NCBI GenBank assembly: GCA_976551045.1
Contig: CDPCPM010000367.1
Coordinates: 1,364,001-1,428,000, forward strand
Direction: 5' to 3'
Origin: Glaucostegus cemiculus
Taxonomy: Eukaryota
Length of the DNA: 64,000 bases
Made by a program: the position numbers and the translations under genes. Shown here piece by piece: positions 1 through 14,049 of this stretch. Below the pieces are notes generated by a model, which was not told where the DNA came from, made no database searches, and saw nothing but the letters and a program-made list of their open reading frames with translations. The stretch's first letter is position 1, and each line of letters begins with the position of its first letter.

Positions 1-42
<42 letters not shown>

Positions 43-184
43 TGAATGTGCCCCTGTTCCCGTCCACCTTGTCCCGCGCACTGTGTCTGTATCCTACAAT
101 AAAGTTCTCCTTGGTAGCAGACCAGATCGTGTCCAGAATCCTTAATACTCTTGAGACTCGCACGAACCGTTTCCGGGAACAACG
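1..184 (+). mobile_element. 3' end of an LTR (truncated by window edge), including a (TG)n microsatellite at 1-40
   Basis: (TG)n, then AATAAA at 98-103, then cgtgtccaga..ttgagac..gaacc..ACAACG. This is colinear with the 3' end of the solo LTR at 8967-9517. Confidence 0.6.
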
Positions 185-344
185 TCCCATGTTGATTTTG
201 CCTGTTGATATTTTTGAAGTGTCCTACTGTGACATTACCATCCAAACTACTTTACTTGGAATCCTTGGCACAAACAAGAAATAAAGGGACTTTCATCCTA
301 ACCATCTGAACTTGTTTTCAACATAATGTAAGACTATAAAGACG

Positions 345-455
345 GTACAAGGCAGGAACGGGATATTGAGTGTTGAGGATCAGCCATGATCTCAAAATGA
401 CGGAGCAGACTCGAAGGGCCGAATGGTCTACTTCTGCTCCTATTGTCTATTGTAT
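345..455 (+). mobile_element. CR1 LINE 3' end fragment
   Basis: gatcagccatgatc..gagcagactcgaagggccgaatgg..ctgctcctattgtctattg, the same tail type as the CR1 ending near 61700. Confidence 0.7.
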
Positions 456-1699
456 TCCTCCCTGTTCAACCAGCTGGAGCTCATACTTTCTCATTTCCAT
501 GAAACTGTGCCAGTTACAATGGCAACACTGAGGGTATCTATATTGCTGCAGGAATCAGAAGTACATTCCATCCAATGAGACTTTGAAACAGACTTTGTAG
601 ATTTGGTCTACAGTGAGATGCCTCATGAAGTATCATCAGCCACAGCTGGAAACTCTTATCACAAAGTGTAAACCTTTGCCATTATGCCATGGGGCCATAT
701 TATTACCAAGGTGGATTTAAACAAAAGCTAGTATTCAACCTTTTAAAGCTTAATGCACAGCATTAGAACAATAATAATTCTCCAAGGCAATCCCTATTTT
801 TGATAGAAAGAAAAATGTTTGCAGAAATGACAGTTTATTCACAAAGGCATTATCAGAATAATATCTTTAAGACAAGTGGCCTTTCAAGGAGAATTGCTTG
901 GAATTCATCTCCCTGAGACAATACACTTGTGGTTCAATACAAGCTGCCAATACACAATGTTTTCATTTTGTTGCTTCTACGTTCAGTGATCATACTACAA
1001 GTCTATCAAAATTACCTGTTTTAATTACATGGATTCACCTAAGGTTGAATAATTGCAGTGCACAGAGCTGACATGAAATGTCAATGCTGCAGCAAACAAC
1101 ACATGCATGGATGTTTTCTTTAAACCCAGTGGCTAAATGTGTGTGGCAGGTAACTCACAAGAAATAATGTGCAGTCAAGAATGATGGGTTTCATAAAATC
1201 CAGAGGCAATATGATGCCAATGTCAGTTTAATTAAGAGGGCTATAGCAAACAAAAAGAAAACGGCAATTTTATTTAATATAAGTTGAGCCCAGAACGAAA
1301 ATAAAACTTCTGAATTTCACACTCAGGAGATGTGACATTAAGCAAGAGTTTTATGCTTGAGTTAGAAATAATGCTATGTCCACAGGTTGCCATTGCAGAG
1401 GATTGTTTGAGCGTCTCCATATTGATCCCTTTTATTGGATATTGTGCTGTACAATATTTTAAAGAAAAGCTGAAGTTCTGGATTCATCCGGTTATCTTTG
1501 AAGTACAGCCACATTGTGGGCTAGTTTCTCATGCATGCTAGTTTTAGTGGAGTAGTGGGAATAAAGCAGGGAACAACATCCCATGTTCAACTCCATATTT
1601 AACAAATTAAGAAAAATATGATCTGAAAATAAATATACAGGGACCGAAGGAAAGAAAAACTCAAGGTTATATGATTAATTTTTGCAAGTTTTGTAATGT

Positions 1700-2900
1700 C
1701 TAAATTATTAATTTGGATAAAATATTAAAACCTGCCAATTGGATCAAATTAGGGGAATGGAAAATTGCAGTTGATTATAAAAGGCCGCAAGAGTATTTAA
1801 CCATGGGAGTATAGTGAACAGCAGCAGTTGCTATTCAATGTTGAAAATTTTGAATAAATATATTTTGGAAATGAGAACAGTAAATGAAAGCATGCTTTAC
1901 ATTTTAAGGTTTTAATTGAAGTCAAATATAGATGAATCTTATGGGTCAGATACCTCTCTTAAAATGGCAATGTCATAAGAAGGATTACAAGTGCAATGAG
2001 GTTACACTGAAATTGCACAAAATATTTGTCTATGCTCGAGTATAGAACTTTTTGCTAACTCATTAAATGAGAACAAGGTGCACCACATTGTAGCAGGGGA
2101 ACCACCAGTATGTTTGATGTAGGTAAACAAGGGGCAGTTGCACATAACCCTTAAAGGACTGAGTCATTTAAAATAATTGCACCTGGAGTAGAAGCTGGCA
2201 AAATATAAATAGGGGTTAGAGGGATGTGGGCCTTAAAATAAAGTGGAAGTTGGAGGAGTAAAATGGGTTTAAAAATTGGGTTATTCAAGTATTGCTACTT
2301 GGAGGTGAAAGGAGAGTCCTGGATGGTGTCTGCTGTGAGATTTCTAGCAGAGATTAGCCTAAATGAAGAAAGTAATTAGGAATTTAGTGCAGTCTATCTA
2401 AGTTTAGTATGCAGCTGAAGGGGAATTAAGTGTATGCCACTAAAGAGTGGTAAATAATTTAACACCTCAAATTCTGGACTAACAGTTACATGAGGAAAAA
2501 CTGTAACCTTAGTAACAGGTGTGGAACTAGACTCACCAAACTGAGGGAGGTGTTGCAATATGAAAATGCCACGCATTTAAAAAAAAATGGAGGGAGCAGA
2601 GGGTGTTATTCCTCTGGTAAGAGCTCATTTAAAAAAAGAATGCTGGAGTCTCATATAATGAGGCTGTGCTCAATAGGTTTGCAAATAAGTGACCATGTTA
2701 TAGTTGATTTATCCAGGCCTGAAAGTAAGTAGTAATGGCTGGAACCTTGAAACCATAAAGAAGGTGAACTATAAGATCAGAATCTACCAAGGAGAAAAGT
2801 CTGAGCAGATAAACCCATGAGGTTCTGAAGCCACAAGGAGAAGTTATTGCAAAAACAATTGGAGGGGCCTTAAGCGCCAAGAAAAAAATATCTGAGATCA
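1700..2900 (+). mobile_element. Possible highly decayed LTR-retroelement pol remnant
   Basis: Short motif-like translations only: GEWKIAVDYKR near 1750-1785 (RT-like W..VDY) and HVIVDLSR near 2690-2720 (integrase-like VIVD.SR). No continuous frame. Confidence 0.25.
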
Positions 2901-5900
2901 CATTGACATCATCTTGACATCTAATGATATCCTTATCTTTAGTCATCATCACCACCAACACCCCACCTTCACCAGTACAATTAAAAGGCTTGTTTATTAT
3001 AATCTTCTAATTCAAAAGGCTCTGATTCAGAAGAGTATGGCTCCTTTAACGATATTCCTATAATATTCTTAACTTCACCTGAACCAGAATGAGATACGAA
3101 ACTGGATTCAAGACAAGTGGACCTGAAAAAGGATGGGATCTGAAAACTGAAGGGCATACTGTGTGGTCTTGCTTTCTGAAATGTGGTTGGAACTAGGATT
3201 AGTCATATCTCTTTGTTGCTAAGAATGTGAAGTAGAAAAATAAAACTTGTATATTCAGTAGTATGTTACCAGGGATAAAGTGTTACAGCCATCAGAAAAG
3301 GCAGCAAGTTAATTCTTGTGCTGAGATGTGGATTTGATCAGATAAATGCCTTCAGGAACATGCCAGGTTCCTTTGGTAAATGGTGATTGATTGCGGTTGG
3401 GATAATGACACAAATGTAAGATATTTACAAAGGATTCAAACAAGAAGAGGTGATATGGATCCTCACACAAAAGGACATTAAAACATGATATTGATTCTGT
3501 TTGAATCATTGCTCACATGGGCTTTAAAAAGCAATTAGGCAGATACTTGAACAAATGGGGATACACAGTTATTATAGGTGTGGGCTAAGTGGATGAATTT
3601 CTATGTGTAAGCTTGAATTATCAATTGTACCTAAACAACAAAAACGGGTGAGCTGTAGACTGAATTGTCAATATGAGTTGGTTTTACATCTAAGTCAAAA
3701 ATCATTCAAGCTCTTGTCCAATGTGAAATTCATCACCAGCTGTTGCTTTGGATAAAATATGCAAGTTATATATTAGTTCCTCACAATTTTTGTCTGGTGT
3801 GGTTAGCTGGCAGCTTACCTGAAGTGATGTGACTGCAAAGGTGAAAAATGTTAGCATGAGAAAATTGATGTTTGAAATAGCAAACGTAAAAAGACAATGA
3901 ACAACTGACATTGAAAGTGATGAAAATGAGAGAGAGAGGAAAGAAAGGTTTGGAAAATCGGATTCACAGTGTATCATGGAACACTTTTTATTTTCAGAAA
4001 ATGAAACACATTAAATTATCTGATAGATTTAGCTGTTGAATAAATATTTACCACTTTAAAGGAAAATTCTCCTGGAGGGCAATGTGAATAAATGAAGCAT
4101 TGTAAACTGAGCGGAAGTATGATTGCTGAGGACATGAGCTTAAAAGAGAGATCCTAGTACCACACTACTAACAATACCTTCACTTGACTCATTTAAGATT
4201 TTCTTACTCTGGAAAAAATACTTGCTCAAAGGCCATCATTCAGAATCTAATAAATTTAATGTGGAGGTAACAAGTTAGAAATGTTTGAATCCTTATGCAG
4301 GACGCAATGGTACCTTTACTGCTGGAACTGCAGGAGAAGGGAGACTATTGAAGGAAATGTAAGGTTCTGGAGCTTTGTTGTTTTCTTTTTTTTATATATG
4401 TAAGAGACTGCAAACATTCAAAATTATGTAAAGGGTCAGAAAATATAGTCATGTGTAAAGGGTGGATTTCTGTTAGATGACCCCATCCTATTTCTATGAG
4501 TTGGATTTAATTATATATTCTGAATGGATTTAGAAGGCTTAAGTGAGATTCTGTCCCATTTAGAGGAGGAAAATAGCATGCTGTACCCTAATCTACACTG
4601 AACTGGGACCACTTTTAAAAGGGGCGGTAGTTCTCAAGGTTATCAGGGTTCAAATATGTGAATTGTCTTTGAAAGATATCCAGGCACTCAGACAACTAAT
4701 GGACAAGGGGTTTGTGCCTGAAAATCCTAAAAGTGTATCCTCTAAACTGTAGGTGGGCATCAGCATGTGACTAGTGAGAGATGGTGTAAACTCCAACCAT
4801 ACTCTTGTGTTCACAAGTTCACAGCTGTAACCAAGACTTAGTTCATTGTTATTCTGTGTCACTTTAAGGAAGATAAATGTAAAATAACAAACTCATTACC
4901 GTAGATGGACAATACAGCCTTTGGATGCATGTGTGTTGAATTATACATTTAACATTTCCAGTTAATCAATAAGCATTTGTTAATGAAAATGTAGTTTAAG
5001 CTCAGAGGTATTGGCCTTTGCTTCAGGATTTAGATTATGCTTTGAATGTTTGATATAAGATTAACTGGAGATTACAGAGCTCTGCAGAAGGTAGTCATAA
5101 ATACTTGGGTGCCAACAAATTGATTTGTTTTCATTTTTAATTCTTTTATATAAATTCATTCTTGGATTTCTGAGACCTTTTGTGATTAGAGCATGTTTCC
5201 TCAGCATTTATTAACATTTTACTGCTCAGGTTCCTTCTAATACTTTTGAGTCATTATTTGTACACTGATTGTAGAAATCCCCCTCTGATTCTGCTGAAAG
5301 AATAAGTGGTCAATTGAAAATGAAGTTTTCTATAAGAATGGCTGTGATTTTCCAGTAAGGGCAGAGTTAGTGACATGCAATATAAATCTTGCCATCTAAC
5401 AGGTTGGTCTCACTGTTGCTCATGTCTCTGTTTACCCAGTTGTGGGCTAACCACGGGCCAGCAGAAAACCACGGTTGTCAGTGACAGCTTTTAAATAATC
5501 TGAGTTAACACAGTGATTACAGTTTTTCAAACTAGAAAACAAGGGCATTTTAACGTCCCACATTTGTGAAAACTTCGGGCATGCCTCAAGGTGCTGTTTC
5601 AATGCAAGATTATTTTATAAAGATAATACTATTAACGAGTGAGAACATTGCAAGAAGAGATGCTAATATCTAAGGAAGAATTTGACTATGCTTTTCTGGA
5701 CTCATGTGCCATTGAATTAAAACAAATATCTAAGATCCAATAGTACCCGAATAACTTGAATGGTGCAGTTTTGAAATGATTAAAGATGTATGATTGACAT
5801 TGCATCAAAAAGTACATGCAGCAGCAAATGTTAAAACTATGAGTTAATACTAATAATGGACTGAACATCTGGAATTATGGCAGTTAATCCCATATCGTAC

Positions 5901-6060
5901 ACATTGCTTCCTGAAAGTATCTTACTTACAGCTCCATAATCCAGGCTTGTGGGAATACAGGTGCCACAGAAGTGACTTGCATGCATTTATCATCTGTTCC
6001 ACAAGGGTTTCCAATCGCATGATGTATCTACCCTCAGTAGCGGACAATGCATAGCATATT

Positions 6061-8560
6061 ATAGAACATAAAACATTACAGCACAGTACAGGCCCTTCGG
6101 CCCACAACGTTATGCCTACATTTTGTCCTATTCTAAGAGCTAATGCTTCCCTCCCACATAGCCATCTGTTTCTCTATAATTTATGTGGCTGTCTAAGAGT
6201 CTCTGAAATGCCCTAATGTATATGCCCCCACAACCTCTGCCAGCAGTGTGTTCCATGCACCCACCACTCTCTGTGTAAAAAAACTTACCCTTGGCATCCC
6301 CCTTATACCTTCCATCAAATCGCCTTAAAATTATGCCCCCTCATGTTAGCCATTGTTGCCCTTGGAAAAAGTCCCTGACTGTCCACTCGATCTATGCCTC
6401 TTATCATCTTGTACACCTCTATCAAGTCACCTCTCATCCTCCTTATCTCCAAAGAAAAGTCCTAGCTCACTCAGCCTATCCTCATAAGACATGCTCTCCA
6501 ATCCAGGCAACATCCTGGTAAATCTCCTCTGCACCATCTCCAAAGCTTCCACATCCTTCCTATAATGAGGCGACCAGAACTGAACACAGTACTCCAAGTG
6601 TGGTCTGACCAGAGTTCTATAGAGCTGCGACATTACCTCGTGGCTCTTGAACTCAATACCCTGACTTAATGAAGGCCAACACTCCATATGCCTTCTAAAC
6701 AACCCTATCGATCTGCGCAGCAACCTTGAGGAATCTATGGACGTGGACCCCAAGATCCCTCTGTTCCTCCACACTGCTAAGAGTCCTGCCATTAACTGTG
6801 TATTCTGCCTTCAAATTCAATGTCCTGAGGTGTATCATTACACACTGTTCCGGGTTGAACTCCATCTGCCACTTCTCAGCCCAGCTCTGCATTCTATCAA
6901 TATCGTGTTGCAATCACTGCAACCTTCCACACTATCCATAACACCACCAACCTTTGTATCATCAGCAAACTTACTAACACCCACCTTCCACATCCTCATC
7001 CAAGTCATTTTTAAAGATCATAAAGAGCGGGGTCCCAGAACAGATCCCTGCGGAACACCACTGGTCACTGACCTCCAAGGAGAATATGCTCATCTACCAC
7101 CACCCTCTGCCTTCTCTGGGCGAGCCAATTCTGAATCCACACAGCCAAGTTTCCCTGGATCCCATATCTCCTGACTTTCTTAATGAGCCTTTCATGACTA
7201 ACCTTATCAAATGCCTTACTAAAATCCATGTACACCACATCCACTGCTCTACCTTCAATGATGTACTTTGTCACATCCTCAAAGAATTCAATCAGGCTCA
7301 TAAGGCACAACCTGCCCCTTACAAAGCCATGCTGACTGTCCCTAATCAGCCTATGCTTCTCCAAATGTCCATAAATCCTGTCTCTAAGAATCTTCTCCAG
7401 TAATTTGCCCACCACTGAAGTAAGACTCACTGGTTTGTAATTTCCACGGTTATCCCTACTCCCTTTCTTAAACAAAGGTGTTCCTTGATCCTACTCACCA
7501 AGAACTTCTCATGCCCCCTTCTAGCTCTCTTAAGTCCATTCTTAAGCTCTCTCCTGGCTACCTCATAACTCTCCAGAGCCCTGTCTGATCCATGCTTTCT
7601 AAAGCTTCTTTCTTCTTCTTGACAAGATGTTCTACATCTCTTGTCAACCACGGTTCCTTCACTTTACCATCCTTACCCTGCCTCAATGGGGCAAACCTAT
7701 CCAGAACCCCATGCAACTACTCCCTAAACAACCTCCACATTTCCGCTATACGCTTCTCCAAGAACATCTGTTCCTAATTTAAGCTCCCAAGTTCCTGTCT
7801 AACAGCATCATAATTTCCCCTCCCCCAGTTAAATACTTTCTCATATTGTCTAATCCTATCCCTCTCCAAGGCAATGGTAAAGGTTAAGGAGCTATGGTCA
7901 CTATCTCCAAAATGCTCTCCCACTAACAGATCTGAATCCTGATCAGGCTCATTGCCAAGTACCAAGTCCAGAATGGCCTCTCCTCTAGCTGGTCTGTCCA
8001 CATACTGTGTCAGGAATCCTCCTGGATCCCTGACACAGTATGTGGACAGGCCAGAGGTGCCAATCAATATTGGGGAAGTTGAAATCACCGTGACAACAAC
8101 CCTGTTATTTTTGCACCTCTCTAAAATCTGCCTCCTGATCTGCTCCTCAGTGTCTCTGCTGATGTTGGGAGGTCTGTAGAATACTCCCAATAGAGTGATT
8201 GCTCCCTTCCTGTTTCTGACTTCCACCCACTCTTACTTAGTAGGTACTCCCTCTAGGGCATCCTCCCTTTCTGCAGCTGTGACACTGTCCCTGATCAGCA
8301 AAGCCACTCCCCCACCTCTTTTACCTCCATCCCTGTCCATTTTGGAACACCTAAGCCCCAGAGTATCCAGCAGCCATTCCTGCCATTGCGACAGCCAAGT
8401 CCCTGTAATGGCCACCAGGTCGTAGTTCCATGTACTTACCCATGTTCTGATTTCATCAGCCTTGTTCCTGATACTTCTTGCATTAAAGTAGTCACACTTC
8501 ATCCCATCCAACTGACTGCAATTTTGCCCTTTCCAATGCCTATCCTTCCTCACAGTCTTT
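6061..8560 (-). mobile_element. CR1 LINE, 5'-truncated and frameshifted (APE endonuclease, RT, 3' tail)
   Basis: ORF fragments [43 protein letters not shown] and LVRPHLEYCVQFWSP. The 3' tail reads agaacata..cagcacagtacaggcccttcggccc on +. Internal deletions relative to the intact copy. Confidence 0.93.
7994..8049. repeat. Perfect 21-bp inverted repeat inside CR1
   Basis: ctgtccacatactgtgtcagg (7994-8014) and cctgacacagtatgtggacag (8029-8049), 14-nt spacer. Confidence 0.95.
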
Positions 8561-8966
8561 CTACACTCTTCATTAAGATGTGGTTGTCATGGCCTTCTGT
8601 AGGAACAGGAATACGTGGTGGGTATTTCAAGATGTCTTACGGTTGATAATAAACCTTTAGATGTTTCAACAACAAAAGGAAGTATTTAAGAAAAAAATAT
8701 TTCTTTACATAAAATGGCAGAGACCCTACAATTTGTACTTACTGAAGTTGTTTCAAGTTTGCGTTAGCATAATCCACTGTTCAGAATTCAAATCCCTGCT
8801 TCTGATGACCTTAGGAAGCTTTTGAAGTATGATTCTTTAACTGGTAATGTGCATGCTAAAGCAGTCAATGTTCCTTTGCATCTGCATTGCAAGTTCAGCC
8901 TGAATATGAGGGGTTTCTTTCCACCAGTCAGAAATGGGCTACAAACTAGTGCAAAATCTTCCCATC

Positions 8967-9517
8967 TATCGTATGAAAGGTCATGGCTGTCACGTGACAC
9001 CATTGAGCACTAGTCAAAGGTGACACCACTGTCAATCAAGGTCTGGCTCCACCCACTCATTAGATCACACTCTTGACCATTGGTTCCTGTACACTCCTTT
9101 CGTACCTGGCCATGACCTATTGGACCTGTTGAATTCCCTGAACTGGCTCCACCCAACTCTCCAGCACTGTAAAGAATGTCACGTGTGTGTGGTTCTCTCT
9201 CTTTTGATTGCTGCAGGAGCTGAAAGCACACCCAAAGGACTATTGGTAAGAGTGTGCACTTCTACAGGGGTTTGGGAGCATCCTGAGTAGATTCCCGGCA
9301 GTGTAGAGCTGATGCTTGTCCAGAGTCAGGGTGTTCAGGCATCGTATTTTGTTTTCCCTGATCATTTGTAAGCAGTTCTGTGTGTGTGTGTGTATCTGTT
9401 CCCATTCATTCTGTTCCCGCGTTTGTTTTTGTGATTAAATCGTTTTTAAAAAAATCTCCAAAGACCGTGTCCAGAGTCCTCTGCCTTTGAGACCCCAATG
9501 AACCTTTTCCCACAACA
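8967..9517 (+). mobile_element. Solo LTR (551 bp) with 5-bp target site duplication
   Basis: CCATC at 8962-8966 and 9518-9522. Termini TATCGT...ACAACA (decayed TG..CA). Internal ctggctccaccca repeat, ATTGG boxes, (TG)n, ATTAAA near the 3' end. Confidence 0.8.
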
Positions 9518-11214
9518 CCATCCAACTGGTTTATTTTGCTCTGATGATCATAGCTGGAGGATGAAGGTATTAATATGTACTCATTCCGTGAGATATGACT
9601 GTTTGTGTTTTACCAGTGACAGAAAGGTAAACTATACTCCAGCGGTAAAAGATGTACACATGTGATTGGTGGATTACAACAAATAAAGCCTTGTTTGAGC
9701 ATGTTAGGGTGGAGCATGCTCATTACAATCTTAGAGGTCAAAGGGGCCCAGTTTTTGACACTGTAAAGTGAAGAACAAGAGGCTTAATTCAACAGATTCA
9801 TCTCAATGGAAATTACAGATCATAGTTGTTCCAGCATCAATCCTTGAGAAATCTAATCAACATATCTCCTCACTCAGTACTCCTCTCCTGGCTGCTTTCT
9901 TCCCTTCATCCAGTTTCCCAGAAATTTCCAGAGTTAATTTCCTAAAACTGCAAGCGGATTTCTTATCTGCTGGGCCCTCATTTGGGAAATCAAAAATCTG
10001 CTACCCATAATTCATTCCTTCCCACTAATCACGGGGAATCCAGATTTTCCATGTGAGTTGATGGAAGTTATAGTTAATTAACAGTGTAGATAGAGATGAT
10101 TTTAGTATCTATATAAAGGCCATATTGGAACAGGAAGAGTCACACTATGTGCCTGCTCTGTATCAATGCAACAATGACACTGACTAAAACAGTCTGTAGG
10201 AGGAGGTTGAAGATTCCACTTGTAGATAGGTCAAGTGTTCTGCCTTGCAATTAATTCACTACTCCTTTTGAACCATTCAGCTCATAGAACAAATGAATGA
10301 ATCTAGTCTTTAAAGCTAACGATATTGTTGGAAAATAAATACATGATGTTTTGGGCTCCTTCAACAATGTTACATGCCAACAAAAAACAAAAACAAACAA
10401 AACCCCATACTGAGATTGGGCTGGAAACATATGTCACACCAACAAATCCTCTCCAGCCCCACAAAGTGAAAGATGTCTTGTTTAAAGCTGTGCAGAAAAT
10501 GGAAAATTACTTTAATGAAAAGACTTTAGAAATAGCTGAAATATTTAATTTTTGGACAGTAGGCCAGAAGCAGGGTTAGCATATTGTTTCATTAAAGAAT
10601 TTATCCTTGCATGTCAATTATTAGTACCTTTTTTTGGTTCATGCCTTATGTTTTGGTGTGAACTAGGAGGTAAACCAATTCAGTTAAACCTGTTGAACAA
10701 AAAACTTGACATTTGAGCTTGCTATGTCAATGGAAATAGTATTCATAAATTTTAGAGAATTTTGTAGCTGCCTAGTATAGCTCAGAGTTGTAGGTCAGAG
10801 TTGTAACAAGTGCAAAGTTATGAAATCAAGTCCAAAGTCTATTGCTGAGACAGGTTCAGTCAGTTGCTGTTTTTACAATAGCCATCACTCACCACAATCT
10901 TGCCAGTTTAGAACAGCTAAGTGATTTAGTTGTTAAAGGAAGCATAAGCTACATTGGAAAAATGTTTTCAGAGTTGCTTGAAAGGTATGACAATATGTTT
11001 CACTGCATCACAGGGTGCAATGCACATATTTGCATCAGATTAGATATAAAACTGATCCATTTCAAGCCCACATTGCTCCTATATGCTCTAAGCAGTTTAA
11101 CAGAAAAGGAACTCGATAGGTGAGAACAAAATCGTGTATTTGTGAAAACTGGTTGAAGTGAGAGGGACATGCCTGTATTGTTGTGCCTAAAGCAGACAAG
11201 ATGGTGTCACAATG

Positions 11215-11355
11215 GAGACACAAAAGATTCTGCAGGTGCTGGAATCTAGATCAACACACAACATGCTGGAGGAAGTCAGCAGGTCAGGCAGCATCTATTG
11301 GAGGGAAATGGACAGTTGACATTTCTGGTTAAGAAAGACCCTTCATCTGGAATGA
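11215..11355. mobile_element. Penelope-like element terminal fragment (dispersed family; other copies near 21050-21130, 28705-28805, 30080-30205, 36040-36080, 41840-41965)
   Basis: Recurrent tgctggaatct..tgctggaggaa.tcagcaggtcaggcagcatct..ggag motif found in both orientations across the window. The family assignment is from recall of fish repeats. Confidence 0.55.
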
Positions 11356-11939
11356 TGTTAGACAAGATAGTGTGTTGTGTGGAGGCTGCAAAGTCACAAT
11401 AAATCAAACAGTGATCTATATCCACACACACTTTGCACACAGGTATAACAGGAGTAGGGCCTGTTTCTGTGCTGTGTCTCTTTATGCCCTTGATAGAGAG
11501 TTGCACAAGACACTGCTGTTATAGTTAGAGGATGGTTGCTTGCAATAAACAATGTTCTCTTGTTGTCACTGCCTGATCTGAGTAATAGTGCTATCAGCAA
11601 CTCCAATTAAATTCACAGATATGTTTGTAATAACTACTCCATGACCATTTGATGCAGCCCTGCTTTGTGGGCAACTCAGTGTCTGTGATGGAAAGGCTTT
11701 ATATTCACATCCAAACATGCTCAGCCTCTCTTGGTGAAGTCAGGTACAGTATATGTTTGCTTTAATACCGGATCTTTCTGCATCAATCTTGCTACTTCCA
11801 CTGCTGTTACAGGATAATCACCCACAACTGCCTGCAGGATGTATAAAGCATGTCCTGTATTTTATATTCATGTTTCTGCAAACTAATCTCAATAATTCTA
11901 TTCGGATGTTTGATATTAAAAGTCATAATCATACTTGAA

Positions 11940-13450
11940 TGGGACGATGGCCCATAGCTGCATTCTAGAGGCTTCCATTGTGGGAGTGGAAGATTTGGGT
12001 CCAAGAATGGTCAACAGAGGGTTGTGTTCAGTGACCAGCATTAAGTGGTCTATCTAACAACAGCTGGTGAAATGTAGTAATCCCAAATGTAGTCGCCAGT
12101 TCAGCTGTCTCTATCGGATCATTGTTCTTTACACTCATTAAACACATGTAACACAGAGAAAAGGAGTCCTTCCTGTCCATTGTCCATTTTGTGGTTTCTT
12201 ACTGCTCCAATTCCATTATTAGATGCATTACACACAGGTTTCAGTGCATGGATGTAGTCATTGTGTGCCAGGAGGCACTTGCATTTAAGACTTGCTGAAG
12301 TCACATGCCATCTGGTCCTTCTCCCAATGCCATGGTTCATCCTTCAGCAGTTGGTGCATAGGTTGTAAGGCCTGTCTGAAACATACCATAATACTGGACC
12401 CTACAGAGGAAAGATTGAAGATTGGTGACATTTGTGTATGTTGTCAACAGCCTCAGCCTTCTCATCTTGTTGCAGACCACTTGTGTCTGCCCTCGAGCCC
12501 AAGTAATCCACTTCTTTCTGCACAAAGGCACCTCATAATTTACTCCTCATTAGGTTAACCTTTTGCTCATGAAGTTTCCTAAATAATTCCAAGCATTTGA
12601 AAGCTTCCTTTATGGCAGTAGAAAACAAAACACTATCTTGGTTGCATAGACAGCTTGAATTTCCTTTATGAAATTGATGGTGACCTGAAGTATTTTGAGT
12701 GATGACTTGATGCCATAAGGCAATTCAATATACGTCTAAAGCCCTGTAATGGGTGTTGTTTTTTAGATAATGTTGGCATTCTTTATCCATACTTAATTTG
12801 AACAAATTGGCAAAGATCTTGGACACTGTGAATTCAGCATAAAGATTAAGTGATGCAGACAAAGAGTATTGTGCAGATGAAGGTTATTTTGTAGTCCCTT
12901 GGTGCATCATAACAATGGATGTCATCCAACACACTATATCATTTGAGTTTATTCAAGACTTCTTCTACTTGAGCGTCCAGCATAAGTGATGCTGTTCTCG
13001 GCTTTCCGATGATTATTTTAAAGTTCAGTGTAATGTATTTATGAATCTGGTGTCCTTGAATTCTGATACACAAATCTTTGAATGGATCTATGCATTGATT
13101 CAGAAACTTATCGACACTTGTTTGCAAATTGCTCATATGAAATTCATTATTCCAGACCATCCTTAATTCTTTGAGTTGATCTTTCCCTAAAGTTCCTTTT
13201 CTGTAGTTATCAACTCTGGTATCTTTTTGACCATCAGATGAAATGTGATATATATTTTCTCAAGAGTTTTCATTGACCCACAAGAATGCCTTTAGATTCA
13301 GTGTGCTATTCACTGAAGGCACTTTGCTGAACATCTTGTTGTAGTATCTTTGGCCATGGTGGTTTTGGTGGTCGTGTCAACACACTGTCATTAACTTTCA
13401 CTGTAATTTTAAAATCACTACATTTATTATTTTTGTCATGGTGGCATACA
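11940..13450 (-). mobile_element. Decayed Ty3/Gypsy pol remnant (RT-RNase H)
   Basis: LLAHND..LKPVCNASNNGIGAV.NHKMDNGQE (RNase H, CDAS.YGIGAVL type), TNVTNLQSFL..VQYYGMF (RT thumb), VEEVLNKL and DYKIT (RT start). Many stops and frameshifts. Confidence 0.75.
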
Positions 13451-14049
13451 TGCTTTTAAAACTTCACCCTGCTCATTGGTTTCTGCATTGGATGATTTAT
13501 TTGTGGGTTTCTATCATCAGTGTTTGCCTTATGCTAAGGAACTGGCTTGGCAAACTGGGTCCATCCCCGCACACTGAGGCTATTCACTCTGTTTACAGTA
13601 AGGCATTTCGCTGCCCTAAACTGGCATATTTATACAGAGTGATCTCCATTACATTGGGAACAGCTTTTCATCACCTGTTTCATGCCAAACTTTCTCCTGC
13701 GACTCAGTCAGAGCTCCTGCCCTTGCTCCTGCTGTTGCTGTGTGACAATACACAACATCAACACTAACATTATGCACTGCCAAAACTCTTCTGACATTTT
13801 TAGAAACCAATTCCAGTGAATTTTCATGAACATGTAAATGTTAAATCTTGTGTATTAATAACATATTGAATTTGCTCATCTGTTCAACTACACATGACCT
13901 TATCCCACAGTGCATAGTGTAGGAGAGCCACAAAGTTACCCTGTTGTGACAAAGTTGTTAATGCCACTAAATAATCACTAATGCTGTTACCTGGTCTTTG
14001 TAACTTTCTGTGACCTTGGAATAGAGTCTGGAGTGAAGAAATTCCATTA

